Part shown: piece after piece, positions 52,726-64,000 of the stretch
Position numbering within the stretch: position 1 is the first letter of the stretch
Layout of the letters: each line of letters starts with the position of its first letter
Origin: Octopus sinensis
Lineage: Eukaryota
NCBI RefSeq assembly: GCF_006345805.1
Contig: NC_043009.1
Coordinates: 7,688,001-7,752,000 of the forward strand
Length of the DNA: 64,000 nucleotides
Reading direction: 5' to 3'
Translations under genes and position numbers: made by a program
Notes under the pieces: generated by a model
Told to the model about the DNA's origin: nothing
The model's input: the letters and a program-made list of their open reading frames with translations, nothing else
Databases searched by the model: none

Positions 52726-53980
52726 ATCTTTTTCTGTGATGTTATATTTGCGGAGTATTTTTGTTCTCTTTTTGTTGCTCAGTAGCGTTGATTCTTTGCT
52801 GATTTCATTAAGAATCGACAGGTCTTTTCTATTTTTTTTTATTTTGCTTTGGATGTTATTTATCCACAGGTTTGTTTGGGTGGTGGTACTCCTGTTTGGC
52901 GGGTTGGGTGAGTATCCAGCTTCTTTTGTGGCTGCAGTGGCTGCTGCGTATATTAGGTTATTTAGCTCAGTGATATCACTTTTTTTTTATTCAGTGGCTA
53001 TCAGTTCAGTGACGGCTAGGTTTATGCTGTTTATAATAGGTGTTGTTATTTCGTTTATTTTGATTCTTGGGAGGTATGGTCGGTAGTGGTTTTCAGTTCT
53101 TTGATTATTTTATTTTTTATATTATCATAATCATTAGGCTCCCCTTCGTTGTTTACATCGTGTTTGTTGGGAATGTTGCGTTTGTCTTCGTGTTTTACAG
53201 TTTCAGTGTTTATATTATTGGGCATTGTTGTGTGGCTTCTATCTACATTTTCCTGGTGTATGTTTTCTTTTAGGTGTTCTATTTCTATTTCTGATATTTT
53301 TTTTGTGTGTGGAGAATGTATCTTCGTACGTTAGCTAATTTATTAGGGTTCATTGCTGTATCCAAGTCTAAATCTCTATTATTTTCCTTCCATATTTTAT
53401 ATGTATGTGTTGTTGTATTTTCATTTTTTGGGTAGTACTGCTGTGAAGTATGCGTGTAAGATAGAAATGTATTCCTCACGTGTCCATTTACGTCTTTTGG
53501 GTTTTATTTGCGGGACATGAGGTACAACGTCCGGCCCATTATTTTGACGGTCGTCATTTTCGTAGGGTACCGGTCCGTTTATTTCTGTTGTCACATTATT
53601 TCGCACGTGTAGTTTTTCGTACATTTTTGTTGTAGGTTAATGTACGTACCGCTCGATTGTTATTCTTGGGTTGAATAGTATCGGTGGCATTTAATTTCTT
53701 CGTAGTTCTTTGTACATGGTGTTTGGGGTCGGAGATGATCGTGATGTTTCACGCATGTTTACATGTGTTGCGTTAGAGGTGAGATGATATCGAGTCAAAA
53801 TACATCATTTCGTTTCGAAAATAGTAATAAATTTCAATTTGTATTACTTACTCGGATACAGTCCAATTCTTTGTTAGTAAAACTTTGGCTCCATAGGATG
53901 TCCTTGTTTTCGATGTTTGTGGATAGGTTTCGGAGCTCTGAATTTTCCTTCTTACATCTTAAAAGTCCCCCGGTGTTCTC

Positions 53981-54017
<37 letters not shown>

Positions 54018-54061
54018 CATCATCATTATTATTATTATTATTATTATTATCATTATTATTA

Positions 54062-54092
<31 letters not shown>

Positions 54093-54238
54093 CATTATTA
54101 TTATTATTATTATTATTTATAATTATTATTATTATCATTATTATTATTATTATTATTATTTATAATTATTATTATCATCATCATCATCATCATCATCATC
54201 ATTATCATCATCATCATCATTATAATTATTATTATTAT
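53981..54238 (+). repeat. (ATT)n/(ATC)n tract at the 5' junction of the R4/Dong element
   Basis: Directly visible. Confidence 0.98.
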
Positions 54239-54309
54239 GTGCAATCATAAACAGGCCCATAGAGACATACGTATACACGAATCATTCCAAGCACACACAC
54301 GCATTCACG

Positions 54310-55255
54310 TATGTATGTATGTATGTATTATGTAGTATGTATGTGTGTATGTATGTATGTATGTATGTATGTGTGTATGTATGTATGTATGTATGTTATG
54401 TGTGTATGTATGTATGTTGTATGTAGTATGTATGTATGTATGTGTGTATGTAGTTATGTATGTATGTATGTGTGTATGTATGTAGTATGTATGTATGTAT
54501 GTATGTATGTATGTATGTATGTGTGTATGTATGTATGTATGTATGTATTGTGTATGTATGTATGTATGTATGTATGTGTGTATGTATGTATGTGTGTATG
54601 TATGTATGTATGTATGTATGTATGTATGTGTGTATGTAGTAGTATGTATGTATGTATGTACGTATGTATGTATGTATATGTATGTGTGTATGTATGTATG
54701 TATGTATGTATGTGTGTATGTATGTATGTATGTATGTGTGTATGTATGTGTGTATGTATGTATGTATGTATGTATGTATGTATGTATGTACGTATGTATG
54801 TATGTATGTATGTGTGTATGTATGTATGTATGTATGTGTGTATGTATGTATATATGTGTGTATGTATGTGTGTATGTGTATGTATGTATGTATGTATGTA
54901 TGTATGTATGTGTGTATGTGTGTATGTATGTATGTATGTATGTATGTATGTGTGTATGTATGTATGTATGTATGTGTGTATGTATGTATGTATGTGTGTA
55001 TGTCTGTATGTATGTATGTATGTATGTGTGTATGTATGTGTGTATGTATGTATGTATGTATGTGTGTATGTATGTATGTATGTGTGTATGTATGTATGTA
55101 TGTATGTATGTATGTGTGTATGTATGTGTGTATGTATGTATGTATGTAAGTATGTATGTATGTATGTATGTATGTATGTATGTATGTATGTATGTACGTA
55201 TGTATGTATGTATGTGTGTATGTATGTATGTTTGTATGTATGTATATGCATGCAT
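54310..55255 (+). repeat. (TATG)n tetranucleotide array, ~0.95 kb, with TGTG variants
   Basis: Directly visible. Confidence 0.98.
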
Positions 55256-55592
55256 ACATGCATAATCTTATCATTCTCGCACACTCAGTTTCCACACACA
55301 TATATACACATATATACATAAGTGTGAATTTGTGTGGGATTTTGATGAGAGAGTGACCGTACGTTATGCGCGCACGTGTGCGTATGCGTGTGTGTGTGTG
55401 AGTGCGCGCACGTGTGAAAATATGTGTGTATGTATTTACCCTCAAACACGTATTCACACGTATAAATATCCACACACGCGTTAATGCACACACTACAGAA
55501 CTACAATAATTTCATATAAGCATAAATATAAACACAAAACTCACACCAGGGAAGATAGATATACAGAGAAATATACTGAAGTATGCATGTAC

Positions 55593-55639
<47 letters not shown>

Positions 55640-55679
55640 CACACGCATAAGTACACAAACGCACGCACACACACATATA

Positions 55680-56290
55680 CATAAAGAGAGAAATTCAAAT
55701 AGGCATACACACATTCACTTTCACAAATATATTAACGCACGCATACTCTCACATACGCACGCACGCACACACGCGCACATGCACACACCAGACACACACA
55801 TACACACACATATATATATGCACACACACATACATGAAGGAAGAGAAATTCAAATAGCCATACACACGTTCACAAATATATTAACACATGTATACATTCG
55901 CACACACACACACACACATTCACGCACACAAACGCACACACCTGACATATACACACATGCACACACATACATACTCACATACACATACATACATGAAGGA
56001 AGAGAAATTCAAATAGGCATACACACATTCACATTCACAAATATATTAACACATGCATACACTCACATACACACGCACGCACATTTACGCATACGCGCAC
56101 GCATACACACACATACACAGACATATACATACACGCACATACATACACATACACACATACATGAAAAGAGAGAAATTCAAATAAGCATACACACATTCTC
56201 ATTCACAAATATATTAACACATGCATAGACTCACATAAACACACGCACACAGACATTCACGCACACACGCACGCACACACACACACACAT
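55680..56290 (+). repeat. ~155-168 bp higher-order repeat, four units
   Basis: Core AGAGAAATTCAAATAGGCATACACAC...CACAAATATATTAACAC at 55687, 55842, 56001 and 56169. Confidence 0.88.
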
Positions 56291-56413
56291 ACGTACATAC
56301 ATACATTCATACATACATACAAGTAGCAACAAAATACCATATAAGCATACATCCCCCAAAATACTCAGACAAACACAGACACACACACACTTTCAAACAA
56401 ACAAACACACGCC

Positions 56414-56445
<32 letters not shown>

Positions 56446-57080
56446 CATGCACACATATACAAGCAACAACAGCAAAATTCCATACAAACACACTTAAAAT
56501 TTCTGGCACGCAAATATATACACACACATGCACACACACATATAGATTCCCACGCAAACGAACATGTACAACACACACATACTACCATACACACACACAC
56601 ATACATATACATATATTCACAGCCGTACTAACGCATACACTTACATATACACTCGCCAACGAACGCATACAGAAATACACGCACAAATAAACAAAAAAAA
56701 CCATATGTACAAACACACACATCTCCGTACACATCAGTGACTACCCAATAAAATTGGCGGTAAAATTATATTTTTCAAAGACGATTTTTTTGTTCTCCAC
56801 TCGCAGTCTCTTTGAGGAATGATTGCTATTTCTAGCCGGTTTGATGCCAATGAGATTATAATGGTAATAAGAGACAACCAAAGAACTTCCAGTCGATGCT
56901 TCCGTATAGTCTTTCTTTCAGGATTCCAGTCTTGATAGGAAAGAAAGGAAACACAGAAACTTATACTTTATTTTGAAACATATTTGGAAAGTCGGTATTG
57001 TTCTTCGATACTACACACACACATGTATGCATACACACATGCACATATACACATATACATACATATATATACATATATAT

Positions 57081-57121
<41 letters not shown>

Positions 57122-57270
57122 ACACATTCTGTGCATGTATATATACATATATTCAGAAAATAGTTGTAGAAAGAGGAGGGGAGTGAGAGAGAAGATGAGA
57201 GAAGAAAACGTTTTGAATTATAACGACAGAGGAAAATTACTAGACACATGGATACATGAATATTACATGA

Positions 57271-57358
<88 letters not shown>

Positions 57359-57367
57359 ATATTGTAT

Positions 57368-57593
57368 AAGGGCATTATTACACATAAATGCCTCACACTA
57401 GGAGGGACAAAGTCATTACTACCAAAATTATACTAATCATACCCAGATGCAGTTTTTCAAAGCAAGACATTTAAAAATGAATTATGTTCTGTATCACCGT
57501 GATTTCACATACAACTTGCGTCTAATTAGTATAATTTTTGGTAGTAATGACTTTGTCCCTCCTAGTGTGAGGCATTTATGTGTAATTGCCCTT
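57368..57593. mobile_element. MITE with ~70 bp terminal inverted repeats
   Basis: 57368-57437 is the near-perfect reverse complement of 57525-57593. TAT flanks both ends (57365-57367, 57594-57596). Confidence 0.8.
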
Positions 57594-57732
57594 TATAAAT
57601 ATAGATATAATTAATTTGTTCAAAAGAAAAAAAAAATTTTTTCGGATTCTTTTCTTTTTGAGTTTTCACGCTAGCTACCCGATAATTTCTTGTTAAGATC
57701 CCTTATTAAGAGATTATCCTTATTGTTAAACT

Positions 57733-57765
<33 letters not shown>

Positions 57766-58429
57766 GTGTGTGTGTGTGTGTTATACAAACATTTATATTT
57801 ACACACATAAATACAAACATTCAGGTGTGTGTGTATCCATTGAGATGCATTTCTGCTCGTGCGATGTCTTCATGTGATGCCTTTATATAAATATATATAT
57901 ATATATTATATATATATATATAATATGGGGGTTGTGTGTATGTGTAAATGTGCATTTATACATATATATATACCACATGTAATTTGTAATTTCAATTTGG
58001 TTTTTGCAGTTTCTCACCTTCAGACACATTCTATCTTTCCTATTTACTTTACACACACACACACACACACACAAATACTCACACAAACACACACACACAT
58101 ACATATATGTATATGCATATATATATATAGTTCGAGGGTGAACTACTGAATGTCGTGCCAATAAATTAGCTATTTATCTTCCCAGCTTTAATTTTGCAAA
58201 TTACTGTTGGCCTAAAATACACATCGCTTGATTTATGTGCAAAACTATATTTACCGACATGCTAGCTCGGTTAGGCTATACTATGCTGATGATGTAAAAT
58301 ATACCGAAACTTATGACCGCAGTCGTCCCTCGTCTCTATCAAAGATGAAGCGCCATTTTCACTGAGCATATAGTTTCTCTCCCGTCATATATTATACCTA
58401 TATTGCATATACATATATTATTTATGCAT

Positions 58430-58474
<45 letters not shown>

Positions 58475-58875
58475 GGCAATTATGCGGATATACAAATTAG
58501 ATACATCATATATATTAAATATACTACATATATTAAATATATTAGTTTGCGTGCGAAATACAAAATATGTATACATGTATACATGTAAAACGAGAGAAAG
58601 CAAAGGATGGAGATTTCAGATGATGAATTTTTAAGTATAAATTATATAAATATTTGTATTAATAGGTTCAATTTACACAAACTACAAACGGCAGAGAAAA
58701 TTAAAGGGGTGAAAGAAAAGTGTTATGATATATATATATATATATATATATTTCTTCAAAAACTATGTCATTGTATGAAAAAAATTTATAACATTCTTCA
58801 GACATAATGACTCAAATATATATTTTTTAACCTTTTAAAACAAGCCTTCTGTAGTTTTTTCACTTTTTACTATTT

Positions 58876-58948
<73 letters not shown>

Positions 58949-59105
58949 ACTATTAAATAGTGCGATATAGTGGTATTGTTTCCCAGTAAAACGAAGCACC
59001 ATCCGGTTTAAGTATATATACGAAGCTTAACTATTGCGTCTTATATTATCGACTGCTGTTTCTAGTAAATATTTGTGCATTGTTGTGCCACTCTCTTATA
59101 TATAT

Positions 59106-59320
59106 TAAGGCGGTGAACTGGCAGAAACGTTAGCACGCCGAGCAAAATGCTTAGCGGTATTTCGTCTGCCTTTATGTTCTGAGTTCAAATTTCGCCGAAG
59201 TCAACTTTGCTTTTCATCCTTTTGAGGTCAATAAATTAAGTACCAGTTACGTACTGGGGTTGATCTAATCGACTGGCCCCCTCCCCAAAAATTTCGTGCC
59301 TTGTGCCTAGAGTAGAAAAG
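59106..59320 (+). mobile_element. SINE family B, full length
   Basis: TAAGGCGGTGAACTGGCAGAAACG...GTGCCTAGAGTAGAAAAG, near-identical to 29672-29886. Confidence 0.9.
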
Positions 59321-59324
59321 AACT

Positions 59325-59482
59325 TTAGTCGAACAAGTCAACCCCAGTTGACTGAAGTATTTTGGCGCCAAGTACTTATTCTATCGGTCCCTTTTGCCGG
59401 ACTGCTAAGTTACAGCGACGTAAACACACCAACATCGATTCTCAGACGATGGTGGGGAAACAAACACAGACACACAAATACA

Positions 59483-59551
<69 letters not shown>

Positions 59552-59738
59552 GTGTGTGTGTGTGTGGGTATACTACGGGCTTCTTTTCAGTTTCCGTCTA
59601 CTATATACACTCGTAAGGCTTTGGTTGGCCCGAGGCTATTGTAGAAGACACTTACCCAAGATGCCATGCAGTAGGACTGAACCCGGAACCATGTGGTTGG
59701 GAAGCAAGCTTCTTACCACACAGCCACTCCTGCGCCTA
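59325..59738 (-). mobile_element. SINE family A lacking its 3' tail, abutting a family B copy tail to tail
   Basis: Homology to 33240-33652 from AGTACTTATTCTATCGG to CACTCCTGCGCCT. Confidence 0.85.
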
Positions 59739-60659
59739 TTAGACATGCATACATAATGTTTATAACTGTTGTTTCTAATATAGAGAGAAGGTCTCATATT
59801 TTGACACCAGTACTTAACTGGTACTTCATCTTATCGACCCCAGAATCTTGAACGATAATTAAGATTTAAATATGATTAGAACGTAACACAACACTCCGAA
59901 GCATTATGTCCAATATTTTAACGATTCTACCATCCACCGTCCTTCATATGATATATAACCGGAGGAGAAATTACGGCATGAAAAATAACAACTAAAATAA
60001 TAGCAGAGGCGTCTCAGCTCCCAACGTTGAATTGTACCACAAAATATTTATTTATTTATTTAGAAACCAATGTCCAGGTTTCTTACATATGTTCGATCAA
60101 TACAAATAGCAACCAAATCTTAGTCTTAAAAAACTGCAGACACTTTAGATAGGGTAACGGGCTATAAACTAGGCAACCTCTGTTCGCATGAACGAATCAA
60201 CTAGAGAGAGCTGTGCGGTCATATAGACTACTTGGAGAATCTGAATAATGTTGCTCGGCCAACGAGACGTAACACCCAAATCTTTCTCAAATTTTACTCA
60301 AAGCTGAAATGGATAATGTAGTCCGGTCTGGAAAAAAATGATGGAGCGTGGAATCGTTGGTTATAGGTCTTCACGCTCATTGTATGATCTGCCTGAGATT
60401 AAACAGTAACTGTAAAGTAATAGTAACACTTTAAAGAACTTGATCCAAAGAAGCCTCTCTGTGATTGGTCATCTAGAAATAGCAGTCAAATAATATCCTA
60501 CCACTTGAAGGACACGTTGAACATTATATCTTGAGTTCTCGCGATTGCCCTTCACAAAATTCCTAGTTCTTGTAGAGTTCAACTTGTTTCGGGATTCTTG
60601 GTTTATGGTGGGGGTTTTTTGTACATACTATACATTAAAATGATATTGCTTGATTGTTT

Positions 60660-60910
60660 TGAGGGTGCGTGGCTTAGAAGTTACAGTATTCGGCTCATGA
60701 GCGTAAGGTCGTGAGTTCAGTTCCTAGCGGCGCGTGGTGTCCTTGCGCAAGACACTTTATTTCACGTTGCTCCGTTCACTCAGCCGGCCTTGTCACACTC
60801 TGTGTCGCGCTGAAACTTTCAGAGACCTACGTTAAAGGTACACGTTAATTTAACGAGCAGGTTGAGCGAATCAATTAAAACACTCATCGTCGTAACCGAC
60901 TGAGCGCCAG
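60660..60910 (+). mobile_element. SINE family D
   Basis: GAGTTCAGTTCC B-box and CAAGACACTTTATTTCACGTTGCTCC module. Confidence 0.78.
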
Positions 60911-61344
60911 TTATTGCATGATTGTCTTTCATAGGGATTCTAGAGGTTCTTTATGGTTGAGGTTTGTTGCATATGAAATGGTCATCTCTTAAACACCTCT
61001 GATCATAGGCCTACAGAACAGAACCGAATTAGGGCCAAACAACATCGACGGTAACAGAAAAGATAAGTTAATTATAATGACTCATAGTCTTGACTGGTGG
61101 GTTCGAGATTATAATATCCTGATATTTTTTCACTAGTTCGAGATTATATCTGACCAGAAAACCTTTTAGAATGACAGTCTATATTACAAGGTATGCAACA
61201 ATGTGAGCGCAAGAATATGTTTGAAATTATGTTTTTGTAAGTTTGTGTGTAAGCTTGCGTTTACACCAATCGCATATATTACACAAAAAAGTGTAGCTGT
61301 TCATGTGTGAAACAGCAAGAGAGTCTGTGCGATTATACGTGTTA

Positions 61345-61580
61345 AAGGCAGCGAGCTGGCAGAAACGTTAGCACGCCGGCCGAAATGCTTAGCGGTATTT
61401 CGTCTGTCTTTACGTTCTGAGATCAAATTCCGCCGAGGTCGACTTTGCCTTTCATCCTTTAGGGGGTCGATAAATTGAGTACCAGTTACGCACTGGGGTT
61501 GATGTAATCGACTTAATCCCTTTGTCTATCCTTGTTTGTTCCCTCTATGTTTAGCCACTTGAGGGCAATTAAGAAATAAA
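61345..61580 (+). mobile_element. SINE family B with the alternative tail (TAATCCCTTTGTC...AAGAAATA)
   Basis: Same head and core as 59106-59320 with a different 3' module, shared with 27445-27655 and 28520-28935. Confidence 0.9.
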
Positions 61581-62309
61581 TAAATAAAAATCTGTGCGCT
61601 TGTATGCATAGAGAAAGCCATATAAATACACATGAATTAAATATAACGATATATGCACGCTGTATGTGCGTATATATATATATATATATATATATAGTTA
61701 TACACATACATACATACGTACATACACTTATAAAAATGTATGTGTGTGTACATTATGTTTGTGCATACGTTCACTTGTACGCCTAAGTGCTATGGTTAGA
61801 GATGCAGACTATATTTCAATATACGTCATCATAGGGGTATACACATGCTTATACGCACAGAACATATATGTGTGAGTGTGCGAAAATATATGCATACGTG
61901 TGTGTGTGTGTGTTGTGTGTGTGTATGTACATAGATGCATACATTCATACATACATACATACACGACACATACATACATACATACATACATACATACATA
62001 CACACAAACATACATACCTGCAGGCATATATACACATACGTATGTAGATATATAAATGGTCTGAAAATACTTAGCTCATTAATATGCAACTATGTTCCAC
62101 ATAACAGACCTGCATAAGCATACATTCATCATCAATGTCATAACCATCATCATCATCAACAACAACAACAACAACACCAGTAACAACAACATAGTATTGT
62201 TATTTATCAATATCTCAATACCGTTTGCTTTCGGGCTTCATCTTATTGCTTTTTTCATTTCATTTCACCAGATTTTCTTAAACCGCCTTTGCGTAATTTT
62301 CAAACACAC

Positions 62310-62350
<41 letters not shown>

Positions 62351-62395
62351 TACATATTACTACATTCATACGCATAAAAGCTTCTACATCTGTAC

Positions 62396-62453
<58 letters not shown>

Positions 62454-62545
62454 TATATATAATATATATATACATATATATATATTTACGGAGATGTACT
62501 CGCATAGCAAGTAATTTGATCTGAGATCGTGTGCTGAAACGAAAA

Positions 62546-62735
62546 CAATTGCAGCGTGGAAGGTGTTTATAAGCCATTTAAGAAACACACAAAAGCCGTT
62601 CGATTCACTTCAACATTTAAGTTTAATTTGTCAAAATATTTTCGTCGCTAAAAATTAAACTTAAATGTTGAAGTGAATCGAACGGCTTTTGTGTGTTTCT
62701 TAAATGGCTTATAAACACCTTCCACGCTGCAATTG
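62546..62735. repeat. Perfect 84 bp inverted repeat with 22 nt spacer
   Basis: 62546-62629 is the exact reverse complement of 62652-62735. Confidence 0.92.
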
Positions 62736-62814
62736 CATATATATATATATATATACATATATACATATATATATACAAACACACATAAATGTATACATAT
62801 ATATATATACATAC

Positions 62815-63200
<386 letters not shown>

Positions 63201-64000
63201 CAGTACGTTAACTCAGCTCCACATTACTTAATGTTTCATGTGCGTAAGAAACACCATCTCATGTGATGTTCATAGATAGATTGGAGAGATTTTAAAAGAA
63301 ATTTTAAATGGTTTATTGGTAGATGTACTTCAATTGGTCAGTTCAGACCATGTAATTGTTTATGTGATGAAAGCGACATTTATGCTATGAAAATGAAAGT
63401 TGGATATTGTTATATCTATGTGCAGGATGTTGGTGTCACATTGTCGGTTATAGTCATTTCATACCACACATTGTGAAGTATGAAATGAATTTAGGCGAGA
63501 TCTTGGCGTCAATCCGTCGATTAGCTACCATTCTCTAGAGCTTGTACACTTTATCAACAACAGTTTTCACGTGGGAGGTGACCGATTTGATGGTGTCAGG
63601 TGACAAATGATATTGCGTGACCGATATGATTATGTTGTGGTTTCTACGGTCAGCAAGAAGAAAATGCATATCCAGCCCTTCCGTGTGAGCCAGCTATGTT
63701 TAGGGTTTTATAGCCAAGTTATCAGCTGCAAAGGGCTTGAAATTCATTAGTAGGGTGTGTCTCGAGAAGTAGCAGTAAGAGGGGTAATTTCTTTCTGTTG
63801 GTGGATAATGTGCACTAGTGAATAATATATAATTTCACATGGAGTCACAGTTTGCAATGATGAATTCAAATGAGTAAGGAGGGGCCCAGTCAAGGATTCT
63901 TCATTCGATTTTAGGTATCGGAATCTCCAGAGAAAGCGTGACAAGGAGATGTAGTTTTTCATGTTCCAACACCTGAAGGATTATATGTGTTATGTATAAC

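Larger units (their letters stand above)
50037..53980 (-). mobile_element. R4/Dong-clade non-LTR retrotransposon (RLE type), near full length, with frameshifts and an in-frame stop
   Basis: Minus-strand translation in order: N-terminal RRKWTREEY motif (~53480), NNLIYAAATAA, RT motifs, CRICGDGQETINHIISSC zinc knuckle, RHDRV, RP(D)IVV and KLSKYKDL endonuclease motifs, GTAHILR end, ~100 nt 3' UTR ending ACTG(AAT)n. (ATT)n tracts lie on both sides. The 5' boundary is uncertain between 53650 and 53980. Confidence 0.93.

Noticed and set aside
55680-56290. CRISPR-like repeat-spacer appearance (also 47725-48240 and 17657-18082)
   Set aside because: Animal context, spacers are homologous or absent, repeats are degenerate and there are no cas genes.
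63240-64000. Apparently unique sequence at the window end
   Set aside because: No convincing ORF, splice pair or repeat structure; cannot be interpreted without a search.

Overview
Repeat-saturated, AT-rich animal genomic DNA; the microsatellite density and SINE families suggest an octopus/cephalopod scaffold (inferred from recognising the repeats, not from a search). No host protein-coding gene can be identified with confidence. Almost all ORFs in the track are translations of di-, tri- and tetranucleotide repeats. Supported content: a near full-length but broken R4/Dong-clade non-LTR retrotransposon (RT + CCHC + restriction-like endonuclease; ~50.04-53.97 kb, minus) embedded in (TAA)n; three further R4/Dong relics; single CR1-group, RTE, Penelope-like and mariner relics; more than 30 tRNA-derived SINE copies or fragments from about four modular families (two with clear 12 and 16 bp TSDs); several fold-back/MITE elements; a Helentron-associated-like element; two GC-richer minisatellites; and a 100-N gap. 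The items most worth a second look are a well-formed minimal hammerhead ribozyme of the Penelope type (41097-41142) plus degenerate candidates, a ~550 bp non-coding element between (TAA)n tracts that ends like the Dong element (possible non-autonomous partner), a perfect 84 bp inverted repeat, and a SINE whose internal microsatellite acts as a nesting site for other elements. Most coordinates for degenerate repeats are approximate (about +/-10-20 bp).
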